The notes beneath the pieces are model-generated. The model had not been told where the DNA came from. It saw nothing but the letters and a program-made list of their open reading frames with translations, and did not search any database. This document shows positions 29,227 to 39,814 of a stretch of 64,000 nt of DNA, piece by piece. This DNA comes from an uncultured delta proteobacterium (GTDB lineage Bacteria; Myxococcota_A; Polyangia; Polyangiales; JAFGIB01), in contig CAVZVA010000005.1 of the NCBI GenBank assembly GCA_963778655.1, forward strand, positions 480,001-544,000, given 5' to 3'. Within the stretch, counting starts at the first letter, position 1. Every line of letters starts with the position of its first letter. Both the position numbers and the translations under genes were made by a program.

Positions 29227-29392
29227 AGTCCCCTGGACCCGTGATCCCTCACCTATCTCGACACGCCCTCGCCGCCGCTCGCGGCGTTGCGCGAGCTTGA
29301 AATACCACGCAGTATTCTTGCGATCGCGCGCCTTGCGAGCAACGCCGAACCCGCGCCGATATAGGCAAGAAATCACGGATCCAGGGGACTAG
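29227..29392. mobile_element. MITE-like palindromic element, family B (abuts family A copy)
   Basis: AGTCCCCTGGACCCGTGAT (29227-29245) / ATCACGGATCCAGGGGACT (29372-29390), 18/19 inverted match, ends in CTAG; shares GCGTTGC..CTTGAAATAC..GTATTC..GCCTTGCG core with family A. Confidence 0.7.
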
Positions 29393-29394
29393 CG

Positions 29395-32300
29395 ATGCCC
29401 GAGGACACTCGCACCGCGCTCGGAAGCGCGCAGGAGCGCTTCGTGCTCGGCCTGCCCGAGCGCGGCCGCGAGCTGCGCGAGCTGTGCCGCGCGCTCGAGA
29501 TCGCACCCCAGGACTCGCGCGTGCTCGAGCAATTGCGGCGCCGTATCCAGACCCTTTACGCCTCGGCCCAGGTGTTCCAGGACCAAGCCCTGCTCGAGCG
29601 GCTGCAGAACGCTATCGCGGCGCTGGACGCGGCACGCGACGCCGAACGCGCGCTGGACCAGGCCGAGCGCGCCAGCCTGCTCGGGCTGTGCGCCGCGCTG
29701 AGCCCCGACGACAACGCCGGGCCGCCGCAGCCGCCCGACTCCGAACGCGTTGCGGCGATGTTTTCCAAGGAGCGCTGGAGCGGAGTGCCGCTGCTCGAAG
29801 CGCTGCCCCAGGCGGCCGCCCAGCCCGATCCCGCGGTGGGCTTGACCCAGAGCGTGGCCGGCGCCCTGCCCACGCCGGACGTGATCGCGGTGCTGGTGCT
29901 CGCCGGGGCCGAAGCGGAGCAGAGCGTGCGCGCGGCGCTGCCCGTGGAGCAGTGCGAGCTGACCAGCACGTCCGAGCCCGAGACCGCGCTGCTGGTGATC
30001 GATCAGGTCGCGCCCGACGTGGTGCTGGTCGAGGCCGCCCTGCTGGCGCGCGGCGGCGAGGACCTGGCGCGCGGGCTGCGTGGCGAGCGCGCCGCCCCGC
30101 CGCGCGCGCTGGTGGCGCTGCTGCCCGAGCGCGTGAGCGAAGTCGACGCGCAGCTCACGCGCTCGCTGGCGGATGCCGCTCTGCGCCTGCCGCTGCCGCC
30201 GGGCGGCCTGCTGGAACGGCTGCTGCGGTTGAGCGGCCGCGGCTTGCGCGCGGCCGCCGGGTTGGACGCGCTCGACGCCGGCACCGTCGACGAGATCGCA
30301 CGCGGGGTGGCCGAGGAAGTGCGGCGAGGCATCGCCGACTCGCTGCGCCAAGGACGCGGCGAGCGCATCGAGCTGGCGGACAAGTCGGAGCTAATGGCCG
30401 CCACCTGGTCGGCGGTCGCGCGCATCCGCGCGCACCTGATGCAGCGCGCCCAAGGCCGCCTGCGCTTTGACGAGGCGCCCTACGCCGGGGGGCCGGCGGC
30501 GCTGGCGCTCACTGCCGACGCGCCGCTCGGTCCGCAACCGGGCATCGCCGAGAGCCTGGAGGGCCGCCGCATCCTGCTGGTCGACGACGATCCCGCGGTA
30601 GTTTGGTTCTTCGCGGGCTTGCTGCGCGAGGCTGGCGCGATCGCGGTCGAAGCCGACAACGGGCGCGAAGCGTTGGAGCTGGCGCGGCAGCGGCCGCCGG
30701 ATCTGCTGATCAGCGACATCCTGATGCCGGGGATCGACGGCTTCACCCTGTGCCGCGAGCTGCGTGGCGATCTCGCACTGTGTCATGTGCCGGTGATCCT
30801 GCTGTCGTGGAAAGAGGACTTCCTGCAGCGCATGCGCGAGCTCGACGCCGGCGCCAGCGGCTACCTGCGCAAGGAGGCCGGCAGCTTGCAGATCCTGACC
30901 ACGGTGGCCGAAGCTCTACGCCCGCGCGCCGAGCTCGCCGCATTGCTGCGCTCGGGCGAGGAGGTGCAAGGCCGGGTGGAAGACCTGGGCGTGCAAGGCC
31001 TGCTGCAGTGTGTCGCGGCGGTGCTGCCCGATGCGCGCGTCGCCTTGCGCGATGCCTGGAACTTGTTCGAGATCGACGTCCGCGGGGGCGCCAACCTTGC
31101 GCTCACCCGCACCGCGTCGGACGGCTCGTTCGCGCGCGGCGCTGGCGCGTTGCGCCAGCTGCTGGGCGTCGAGGTCGGCCGCTACACGGTCGCGCGCGCG
31201 GATGGGCCGCTGCGCGGCGCCTTTCCCGAGCCGCTCGACCGCTTGCTGAGCCATGGCATCGAGCGGCTCGGAGCCCTGCTCGACGCGGTCAGCGATAGTC
31301 GTCTGATGCAGGTCTCCCGCGTGGGCTTCGACGACGAGATCCTCGGCTCGCTGATCAGCGCCACGCCGACGCCGCTGGCCGACGTGGCCGCCCGGCTGCG
31401 GGCGGGCGAGGGCGCCCGCGCCCTGGTCCTGAGCGGCGCGTATTCCGCGCGCGAGCTGGAGCAATATCTGCGCGAGCTCGCGCGGCGCGGCGCCGTGGTC
31501 GAGGTGCTCGGCCCCGAGGGCGAGGATCTGGTGGAGGCGGCTCGTCTAGCGCGCGAGCAGCATCCGGGGAGCTTGTTGCACGCCGCGCAGCGCCCGGCGC
31601 GCGCCTCGTTGCCGCCGACCGAGCTGACCGAGGCGGACGTCGAGTGGGTGCGCCCGCGCCGGGACTTGCTGATGCCCGAGCTCGCGGCAAGCGCAAGCGC
31701 CGAGGCGGATGCGCTCGCCGCCCAAGCTGTCCCCGCGCCGCCGCCCGCCCGCTCGGTGCCGCAGCCGTCGCCTCCGCCCGCGGACCCGGAGCCCGGCGCC
31801 GCGCCGCCGCCCCCACCGCCCCAAGCGTTCAACGTGCGCAGCGCTCGCCTGGACCCGGGGGGCGCGCCCGCGCGCAGCTCGACGCCGAGCCCGCCGCGCG
31901 GCTCGCGCGCGCTCGGCGCGCTGACCCTGCTCGGCCTGGCCGCCGTGGCCTATTTCGGCGTCCGTCTGGCACAGCCGTCGCTGTCGCTGGCTGGCGCACA
32001 TGTGGTCTTGCCGCGTCCATCCGTGCCGGAGGCGACTCCGGTGCCGGCCGGCGTCAGGGACGCGCCGCCGGCCGAACCGGCACAAACGGCCCGCGCGCAG
32101 CCTGCTGCGCCCGCGCCGGAGCAAGGGTTGCCCGTGGCCCGCGCGCTGCCTTTCGTCGACCAGAGCCGCGGCGTCGAAGTCGCCGAAGATCAGGGGTTGC
32201 TGGTGGTCGAGGACGACCGCCCGGGCGGGGTGCCTCCCAAGGTGCGAGTTGACGGCCGCGAGCTGGGCCCGGCCACGGTGGCCACCGCGCTGGCGGGCGG

Positions 32301-32397
32301 CCGGCACGAAATCGTGCTCAAGAGCGGCGACCAGACCAGCTTTCGCTATGTCGTGATCCGCCCCGGGGAGACGCGCATCGTCGAGATCCGCGAGTGA
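29395..32397 (+). CDS. Multidomain response regulator (Hpt-like, pseudo-receiver, receiver, DUF4388-like, Pro linker, TM, PEGA-like)
   Basis: RILLVDDDP...PDLLISDILMPGIDG...GYLRK receiver; TM ALGALTLLGLAAVAYFGV; C-terminal VRVDGRELG..LAGGRHEIVL PEGA-like domain. Confidence 0.8.
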   Translation: MPEDTRTALGSAQERFVLGLPERGRELRELCRALEIAPQDSRVLEQLRRRIQTLYASAQVFQDQALLERLQNAIAALDAARDAERALDQAERASLLGLCAALSPDDNAGPPQPPDSERVAAMFSKERWSGVPLLEALPQAAAQPDPAVGLTQSVAGALPTPDVIAVLVLAGAEAEQSVRAALPVEQCELTSTSEPETALLVIDQVAPDVVLVEAALLARGGEDLARGLRGERAAPPRALVALLPERVSEVDAQLTRSLADAALRLPLPPGGLLERLLRLSGRGLRAAAGLDALDAGTVDEIARGVAEEVRRGIADSLRQGRGERIELADKSELMAATWSAVARIRAHLMQRAQGRLRFDEAPYAGGPAALALTADAPLGPQPGIAESLEGRRILLVDDDPAVVWFFAGLLREAGAIAVEADNGREALELARQRPPDLLISDILMPGIDGFTLCRELRGDLALCHVPVILLSWKEDFLQRMRELDAGASGYLRKEAGSLQILTTVAEALRPRAELAALLRSGEEVQGRVEDLGVQGLLQCVAAVLPDARVALRDAWNLFEIDVRGGANLALTRTASDGSFARGAGALRQLLGVEVGRYTVARADGPLRGAFPEPLDRLLSHGIERLGALLDAVSDSRLMQVSRVGFDDEILGSLISATPTPLADVAARLRAGEGARALVLSGAYSARELEQYLRELARRGAVVEVLGPEGEDLVEAARLAREQHPGSLLHAAQRPARASLPPTELTEADVEWVRPRRDLLMPELAASASAEADALAAQAVPAPPPARSVPQPSPPPADPEPGAAPPPPPPQAFNVRSARLDPGGAPARSSTPSPPRGSRALGALTLLGLAAVAYFGVRLAQPSLSLAGAHVVLPRPSVPEATPVPAGVRDAPPAEPAQTARAQPAAPAPEQGLPVARALPFVDQSRGVEVAEDQGLLVVEDDRPGGVPPKVRVDGRELGPATVATALAGGRHEIVLKSGDQTSFRYVVIRPGETRIVEIRE

Positions 32398-32416
32398 GCG
32401 CGCGCCTGGGCATTTT

Positions 32417-32445
32417 TTGCGACGGCGTGCGGCTTCCCGTACGCT
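32417..32445 (+). promoter_or_regulatory. sigma70-type promoter, probably leaderless
   Basis: TTGCGA-N17-TACGCT, 7 nt before ATG 32453. Confidence 0.55.
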
Positions 32446-32452
32446 TCTAACG

Positions 32453-33235
32453 ATGCTGGTCTCGCCCAAGCTCCGGGTCGTCGGCACGCTGGCCGTCGCG
32501 TGGCTGCTCACCGTCGCGTCCGGGCGCGCGCAGGATCTGAGCCTGACCGGTGGCGCCCGCGACGACAGCGCTCCAGCCAAGACCCCAACCCCACCTGACG
32601 AGCACAAGCGTGGCGTGTATTGCGGGGTCAAGCCGGGCGGCGCCGCACCCCGTGGCACCGACGCCAAGCCGGGACAGCGTCCGCCCGAGATCACCTGGCC
32701 CGGATTTCAGATGCAGCCGGACGGCGGCTCGCGCGTATTCATCCAGGCCACCTCGCCGCTCGACACGCAGGCAGCGGCGAGCGATGGCAAGATCGTCGTC
32801 GACCTGGGCGATGCACGTGTCACCGGTGCCAACCGCTATCCGCTGTTCACCCGCTACTTCAACACGCCCGTGCTGCGCATCGAGATCAAGCGCGCGCACA
32901 AGCGCACCACGCTCGAGCTCACCATGCGGGCCCAGGTGCAGCCGCGCATCTCCACCGAGCAGGCCCCGAGCGGCTTCTTCTTCCTGTACCTCGACTTCCC
33001 GCCGGGCAACTACCTGGGCCCGAGCCCCGCGAACGTCGGCGCGGCTCCACCCGCTCCCGACACCCTGGATTCACCGCCTGCACCGTCCCCTCCGGCTCCC
33101 TCCGCCAGCGCGGGCGCGAGCGCTCACGCCAGCGCGGCAATGAGCGCCTCGACCGACAGCGAGGTTCCGCCGGGCATGGCCAAACCCAATGCCACGGGCA
33201 AGGCCAAAGGCTCCTTCAGATTCGGCAGCCACTGA
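32453..33235 (+). CDS. Secreted AMIN-like domain protein
   Basis: Signal peptide (..ASGRA-Q); ITWPGFQM..GGSRVFIQ..NRYPLFTRYFNTPV..FLYLDFP; Pro/Ala tail. Confidence 0.6.
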   Translation: MLVSPKLRVVGTLAVAWLLTVASGRAQDLSLTGGARDDSAPAKTPTPPDEHKRGVYCGVKPGGAAPRGTDAKPGQRPPEITWPGFQMQPDGGSRVFIQATSPLDTQAAASDGKIVVDLGDARVTGANRYPLFTRYFNTPVLRIEIKRAHKRTTLELTMRAQVQPRISTEQAPSGFFFLYLDFPPGNYLGPSPANVGAAPPAPDTLDSPPAPSPPAPSASAGASAHASAAMSASTDSEVPPGMAKPNATGKAKGSFRFGSH

Positions 33236-33264
33236 GCAAGAGCAAGTGGCCGCGTTCCCGACGG

Positions 33265-33390
33265 ACAGAAGACGGGAAGACGAGAAGGACTGCCTTCGGG
33301 ACGTGAAGGACCCGCAGATCGAGCGAGGCTGCATGCGCTCGCCGAGCTTCGAACGCTCAACAGAGACTTCCGGACTTCCCGTCTTCCTGT
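33265..33390. repeat. Palindromic repeat, family C (ACAGGAAGRCGGGAAG arms)
   Basis: ACAGAAGACGGGAAG (33265-33279) / CTTCCCGTCTTCCTGT (33375-33390) between convergent genes. Confidence 0.65.
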
Positions 33391-33418
33391 GATCCGAAGC
33401 AGGACGGGGCGTGAGTCT

Positions 33419-34615
<1,197 letters not shown>

Positions 34616-34655
34616 CGGCCTGGTGTTGACCCCAACCGACATGGCTCACCTCCGC

Positions 34656-35492
34656 TCAGGAACGCCAGCGGGCGCCGCCCGACAGCTGGTCGGCGTACGC
34701 GACCAGGTCCTGTTCCTTCTTCAGCAGCGTGCCCAGGAAGGGCAGGTTGCCGTCGAGCTTGACGTTGGTGATGCCCATGTTGCGCAGCATGGCGATCCAG
34801 TCCACCAGCTCGCTGGTGCTGGGCCGCTTGCGCAGGCGTTGCATGTTGCGGATGGCGTAGAACGCGTCCATCGCCTGCTTGACCAGCGCCTCGTTCAGGC
34901 TGGGGTGGTGCACGTCGACGATGCGTCCCATCAGGTCGCGATCCGGGAAGTCGATGAAGTGGAACACGCAGCGCCGCAGGAAGGCGTCGGGCAGCTCCTT
35001 CTCGGCGTTGCTGGTGATGATCACCACCGGCCGGTGCTTGGCCACGATATCGTCGCTCGTCTCCATGATGCGGAAGCGCATGCGGTCGAGCTCGTGCAGC
35101 AGGTCGTTGGGGAACTCGAGGTCGGCCTTGTCGACCTCGTCGATCAACAGCACCACGCGCTGCTCGGATTTGAAGGCGTTGCCCAGCGGTCCGAGGCGGA
35201 TGTAATGGCGGATGTCCCGCACGTTGCCATCGCCGAAACGGCTGTCGTACAGGCGCTGCACCGTGTCGTAGTGGTACAGGCCCTCCTGGGCGCGGGTGGT
35301 GCTCTTGACGTGCCACGTGACCAGCGGCATCTGCAGGGCCTCGGCCACGGCTTCGGCGAGCAACGTCTTGCCGGTGCCGGGCTCACCGCGAACCAGCAGG
35401 GGCTTCTCCAGCACGAGCGCGCAGTTGACCGCCGCTTCCAGCGCCTCGTTGGTCAGGTAGCTCTTGGTTCCGCGGAAGCGGGTGTCCGTCAT
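34656..35492 (-). CDS. MoxR-family AAA+ ATPase
   Basis: RGEPGTGKT Walker A, LLIDEVDKAD Walker B, ITSNAEKELPDAFLRRC. Confidence 0.93.
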   Translation of the reverse strand: MTDTRFRGTKSYLTNEALEAAVNCALVLEKPLLVRGEPGTGKTLLAEAVAEALQMPLVTWHVKSTTRAQEGLYHYDTVQRLYDSRFGDGNVRDIRHYIRLGPLGNAFKSEQRVVLLIDEVDKADLEFPNDLLHELDRMRFRIMETSDDIVAKHRPVVIITSNAEKELPDAFLRRCVFHFIDFPDRDLMGRIVDVHHPSLNEALVKQAMDAFYAIRNMQRLRKRPSTSELVDWIAMLRNMGITNVKLDGNLPFLGTLLKKEQDLVAYADQLSGGARWRS

Positions 35493-35685
35493 GACTGAAA
35501 GAGGTCCTTCCCGCCGAAAGACGGCTGTCGGCGCGAAGGGTCGCCGCTCCGTGCTGCGCTCGGCAATAGTGACGACATCTACACTGTCGGACGGTCCCGC
35601 GCTAGCCCATGGTTTGAACTTCCTGCAAATCGAGCGTCCCTTGTCTGTGGCGGCATGTTCGCGGTCGAGTCCGGCAGGCTCACGC

Positions 35686-36696
35686 TTGAGCGGCAAGGGC
35701 AGTGGGCGGCGGCTTTCCACGTGCGCCGTGCTGGGGCTGATGCTCCTTGGGTGCGCGGGTGGTCGCGGCTGCCTGGGTCGGGACGGAGCCGCCGCGGCAG
35801 GCGGGGACACGCCCTACGTGCGCTGTCTGACCGGGTCGCCGCCGCCGGAGGGTACCCGCCACCTGGGGCGGCTCACGCTTCAGATCGCCGGTCGCAGCCT
35901 GCGTATCCAGGGGCTGACGCGGCCGCTCACGCTGGCCGCGTTTTCCGGGCCGGGCGCCGGCGACCCGCCGGGACCGACCGAGCTCGCGGCCCTGCGCGCC
36001 GCGGCACCCGACCTGCTGCTGCTGCTGGGGGACATCGGCGACACCCCACCGCAAGCGCGGGCCACGCTGGCGGTGCTGGCCGCGCTCCCGCAGCCGACCC
36101 TGCTGGTCGCTGGTGGCCGCGACACGCCGGCCCGGATCACCTCTGCGCTCGAGGCGCTCGGCAAGGCCAGCGACAGAATCATCGACGCTACAACCCTTCG
36201 GGAGATCAGAATCGGCTCCGATACATTGGTCCCGGTGGCTGGCGCTGAGGATGGTCGCTATGCGCTCGACGCCCATGCTTGCGGCTACGACCTCGGCGAC
36301 CTCAAGCGCCTCAGCTCGGAGCTCACCGACAAGGGCTCGCGGCGCTGGTTGATCGCCTGGCAGGCCCCGGGGCTTGGCGGGCCTCATGACGTGGCCCGGA
36401 CCCAGCACGGCGTCGATACCGGCAGCCGCAGCCTGGCCCAGCTCGCCACGCGGATCGGCGCTCCGGGCGGTATCTTCGCCTGGCCGCACGTCGCCCTGCT
36501 GCGCCCGAGCATGGGTGCCGGCGCGCGATTGGCCACCGCGGGGGTCGCAGCACCTGACCTGCGGATCGTGGTGCCGCGCCTGTCGGGGCCGGCGCTGGAG
36601 CGCAGTGACGGCTCCCGGGTGCTGCCAGGATTCGCACTGCTGCGCCTGGACGCGGCTGGCCTGCGGCTCCAGCAGGACGCGACCGCATCACGCTGA
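35686..36696 (+). CDS. Lipoprotein with degenerate calcineurin-like metallophosphoesterase fold
   Basis: Lipobox LLGC; PDLLLLLGDIG and LLVAGGRD resemble the GD and GNH motifs; start uncertain. Confidence 0.55.
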   Translation: MSGKGSGRRLSTCAVLGLMLLGCAGGRGCLGRDGAAAAGGDTPYVRCLTGSPPPEGTRHLGRLTLQIAGRSLRIQGLTRPLTLAAFSGPGAGDPPGPTELAALRAAAPDLLLLLGDIGDTPPQARATLAVLAALPQPTLLVAGGRDTPARITSALEALGKASDRIIDATTLREIRIGSDTLVPVAGAEDGRYALDAHACGYDLGDLKRLSSELTDKGSRRWLIAWQAPGLGGPHDVARTQHGVDTGSRSLAQLATRIGAPGGIFAWPHVALLRPSMGAGARLATAGVAAPDLRIVVPRLSGPALERSDGSRVLPGFALLRLDAAGLRLQQDATASR

Positions 36697-36781
36697 AATC
36701 TCAGCTCCGATCGAGGGTTAGCGGGCGAATCGCGAGACCGTCTGAGGTGCCGGCGGGCGCCGCGAAGGGGTGGCCGTCGAG

Positions 36782-36810
36782 TTGACTTCAGGACCCACGC
36801 GTACGATAGT
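36782..36810 (+). promoter_or_regulatory. sigma70-type promoter of yceD-rpmF
   Basis: TTGACT-N17-GATAGT. Confidence 0.6.
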
Positions 36811-36853
36811 GCCGCCCCCTCGCATCTGGCCGCAACCGCGGCCCCGGCGTCCC

Positions 36854-37411
36854 ATGTCCGAGCTCGTGCTGCCGCTCCAAGACCTCGACGAACGGGGCAA
36901 GGACTACGCGTTTCCCCTGACCGCGGAGTGGCTCGACACGGCCTTGGCAGGCACTCCGCTGCGGCGGGATCCGGCCTCTGAAAAGGGGCACCTCAACGTG
37001 CACGCACAGAAGAACGGACACGAAGTGCTGGTTCACGGCCAGGTCGAGGCCGACCTGCTCGCCGAGTGCGCGCGCTGCCTGGGCGATGCACCCCTGCACG
37101 TGCACGCGGAGATCGCTGTCCTGCTCAGCCCCGCCGGCGCGGACGCCCAGCCGCAGGAGATCGAGCTCGAGCGCGAAGACCTGGACCGGGCGAGCTTTGC
37201 CGGCAACGAGGTGGTGCTCGACGAGCTGGTCCGCGAGCACCTGCTGCTCGAGCTACCGATGCAGCCGCTGTGCTCGCCCGACTGCAAGGGCATCGGCGTG
37301 CCCGAGCACCTGAAGCCCAAGCCCGAGGATTTCGGCGAGCCCGGCGGGGTCGACCCGCGGCTGTTGCCGCTGCAGAAGCTCAGAGCAAAGCTCTCTGGAA
37401 AGAAGGAGTGA
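36854..37411 (+). CDS. yceD: YceD/DUF177 family protein
   Basis: ECARCL, LLLELPMQPLCSPDCKG, DPRLLPL; immediately upstream of rpmF. Confidence 0.92.
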   Translation: MSELVLPLQDLDERGKDYAFPLTAEWLDTALAGTPLRRDPASEKGHLNVHAQKNGHEVLVHGQVEADLLAECARCLGDAPLHVHAEIAVLLSPAGADAQPQEIELEREDLDRASFAGNEVVLDELVREHLLLELPMQPLCSPDCKGIGVPEHLKPKPEDFGEPGGVDPRLLPLQKLRAKLSGKKE

Positions 37412-37414
37412 CCC

Positions 37415-37621
37415 GTGGCGGTTCCCAAGCGCAAGACTACCCGCTCGCGGCGCGACATGCGCCGCGCGCATCACGACAAAGTGGTGGCACCCAACGTGAT
37501 CCCGTGCCCCAACTGCGGTGACATGATGCTGCCCCACCGCGTCTGCCCCGAGTGCGGCCACTACAAGGGGCGCAAGATCGTGGAACGCGGGGAGGGTCAG
37601 GCCAAGTCGGGGGCCTCCTGA
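37415..37621 (+). CDS. rpmF: 50S ribosomal protein L32 (Zn-ribbon form)
   Basis: MAVPKRKTTRSRRDMRRAH...CPNCG...PHRVCPECGHYKG; AAGGAG SD. Confidence 0.98.
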   Translation: MAVPKRKTTRSRRDMRRAHHDKVVAPNVIPCPNCGDMMLPHRVCPECGHYKGRKIVERGEGQAKSGAS

Positions 37622-37642
37622 CCGGGCACCTGCAACGGGCCG

Positions 37643-37671
37643 TTGCGGCCGCGAGCGTCCGGCCCGATACT
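37643..37671 (+). promoter_or_regulatory. Internal sigma70-type promoter upstream of fabH
   Basis: TTGCGG-N17-GATACT. Confidence 0.45.
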
Positions 37672-37711
37672 CCTCGCATCGAGGCTCCGTCGAGAGCCGG
37701 GTGAGGCCGGT

Positions 37712-38713
37712 GTGGTAGGCACGTTGTTTCCGCGTTCGCAGATCCTCGGTACGGGCCACTACCTGCCCGCCAAGGTCGTCACCAACTTCGACCTCGAACG
37801 GGTCGTCGACACCTCGGACGCATGGATCCGCGAGCGCACGGGGATTCACCAGCGCCACGTGGCGGCCCCGGACGAGGCCTCGAGCGACATGGCCACCCAG
37901 GCCGCCCGGCACGCGCTCGAGGCCGCGGGGCTCAAGCCGACCGATATCGACATGATCATCGTCGGCACCATCAGCCCGGACCTGCAGCTGCCGGCCACGG
38001 CGATGTTCGTGCAGCGCAACCTGGGCACGCGCCCGGACTGCCCGGGCTTCGACCTGGCGGCTGCCTGCGCGGGTTTCATCTACGGGCTGAGCATGGCCGA
38101 CGCGCTGGTGCGCACGGGCTCGGCGCGCAACGTGCTGGTGATCGGCGTCGAGCTGCTCAGTCGCCTGGTGGACTGGACCGACCGTAACACCTGCGTGCTG
38201 TTCGGCGACGGCGCCGGCGCGGTGGTGGTGGGGCCGTGCGAGGATCCCGAGCGCGGGATCCTCTCGACCCACTTGTTCGCCGACGGAACGCAGATCGAAT
38301 CGCTCTACATCCCGGCCGGCGGCACGCGCACGCCGATCTCGGCCGAGTTGATCGCGCAGCGCAAGCACCTGGTGCACATGGCGGGCAAGGAAGTCTTCCG
38401 CTACGCGGTCAAGGCGCTGTCGGCCTCGAGCGCGCTGGCGATCCGCGCCAACGGCCTGACGCCGGCGGAGATCGACTGGCTGATCCCACACCAGGCCAAC
38501 CGGCGCATCATCGACGCCGTGCTGCACCGCTCCGGCATCGCCAAAGAGCGCTGCTTCATCAACATCGACAAGACGGCCAACACTTCCAGCGCTTCGGTGC
38601 CGATTGCGCTCGACCAGGCGGTTCGGTTGGGCAAGGTCCAGCGCGGGCAGAACGTGGTGTTCTGCGCGCTGGGCGGGGGCTTCGCCTGGGGCAGCGCGCT
38701 GGTGCGCTGGTAG
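37712..38713 (+). CDS. fabH: 3-oxoacyl-ACP synthase III
   Basis: DLAAACAGF (Cys), LFGDGAGA, PHQAN (His), ANTSSAS (Asn), GGGFAWG. Confidence 0.96.
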   Translation: MVGTLFPRSQILGTGHYLPAKVVTNFDLERVVDTSDAWIRERTGIHQRHVAAPDEASSDMATQAARHALEAAGLKPTDIDMIIVGTISPDLQLPATAMFVQRNLGTRPDCPGFDLAAACAGFIYGLSMADALVRTGSARNVLVIGVELLSRLVDWTDRNTCVLFGDGAGAVVVGPCEDPERGILSTHLFADGTQIESLYIPAGGTRTPISAELIAQRKHLVHMAGKEVFRYAVKALSASSALAIRANGLTPAEIDWLIPHQANRRIIDAVLHRSGIAKERCFINIDKTANTSSASVPIALDQAVRLGKVQRGQNVVFCALGGGFAWGSALVRW

Positions 38714-38732
38714 CGGATAGGAAGGAACGAGC

Positions 38733-39479
38733 ATGTTTCGCTTGGACGGGAAGGTTGCGATCGTGACCGGCGGCTACCGGGGCATCGGGCGCGCCCTGGG
38801 GGTTGCGCTGGGCGGCGCGGGCGCGCACGTGGTCGCGGCCGACGTGCTGGACGAGGCGGTGGGGCGCGAGGCGCTCGCAGAGATCGAGCAGGCCGGGGGC
38901 AAGGGCGAGCTGGTGCGCTGCGACGTGACCAGCAGCGAGGCAGTCGATCAGGCGTTTGCGGCCGTTCACAAGCGGCTGGGGCGCATCGACGTGCTGATCA
39001 ACAACGCCGGCATCGCCCGGGACCAGCTGCTGCTGCGCGTGTCGGATGAGGACATACAGCGGACGTTCGCGGTGAACGTCACCGGCGCGATCCACTGCGC
39101 GCGGGCCGCGATCCGTCCAATGATGCGGGCGCGACAGGGACGTATCATCAACCTCGCCAGTGTGGTGGCCGAGCTGGGGAACCCGGGACAGACCGTCTAC
39201 GGCGCGTCGAAAGCCGCACTAATCGGCTTGACGAAGACGCTGGCTCGGGAGTACGCCTCGCGCGGCGTTACCGTGAACGCCGTGGCCCCCGGTTTCATCG
39301 ATACGGACATGACCCGCAATCTGCCCGAAGAAGCCAAGCGGACCATGTTGGGGCAGATCCCTCTGGGCCGAGTCGGATCCCCGGCAGACGTGGCGGCGGC
39401 GGTGCTCTTCTTGAGCAGCGACGAGGCCGGCTACATCACCGGGCAGGTGCTGCGCGTCAACGGCGGCATGTACGTATAA
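38733..39479 (+). CDS. fabG: 3-oxoacyl-ACP reductase
   Basis: [47 protein letters not shown]. Confidence 0.95.
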   Translation: MFRLDGKVAIVTGGYRGIGRALGVALGGAGAHVVAADVLDEAVGREALAEIEQAGGKGELVRCDVTSSEAVDQAFAAVHKRLGRIDVLINNAGIARDQLLLRVSDEDIQRTFAVNVTGAIHCARAAIRPMMRARQGRIINLASVVAELGNPGQTVYGASKAALIGLTKTLAREYASRGVTVNAVAPGFIDTDMTRNLPEEAKRTMLGQIPLGRVGSPADVAAAVLFLSSDEAGYITGQVLRVNGGMYV

Positions 39480-39526
39480 CGGAACCCTGCAGACAGACCA
39501 CAAGCCAACACCCCCGGGAGGGTTGG

Positions 39527-39760
39527 ATGGATATCGCCGAGAAGGTCAAGGAAATTGTCGCTCAACAGCTCGACGTGGATATCGCCGAGGTCAAGGAAGA
39601 GGCCCAGTTCATCGAGGATCTTGGGGCTGATTCGTTGGCAATCGTCGAGCTCGTCCTCGCGTTCGAGGAGCAGTTCGAAATCGACATCCCGGACGAGGAT
39701 ACCGAGAAGATCGCGACCGTCGGCGACGCGATCAAGTACATTCAGGAGCACGTCAAGTAG
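39527..39760 (+). CDS. acpP: Acyl carrier protein
   Basis: [12 protein letters not shown] phosphopantetheine motif; GGAGG SD. Confidence 0.97.
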   Translation: MDIAEKVKEIVAQQLDVDIAEVKEEAQFIEDLGADSLAIVELVLAFEEQFEIDIPDEDTEKIATVGDAIKYIQEHVK

Positions 39761-39814
39761 GCCCGCGGCGTACCGGCGCTGCTGGGCCCGGCGCGCCCGG
39801 AGGTGGTGTCGGAC

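Noticed and set aside
28582..29506. ORFs overlapping the MITE-like elements (also 40765-41282) that share peptide similarity
   Set aside because: The similarity comes from the repeated DNA element; there is no coding bias.
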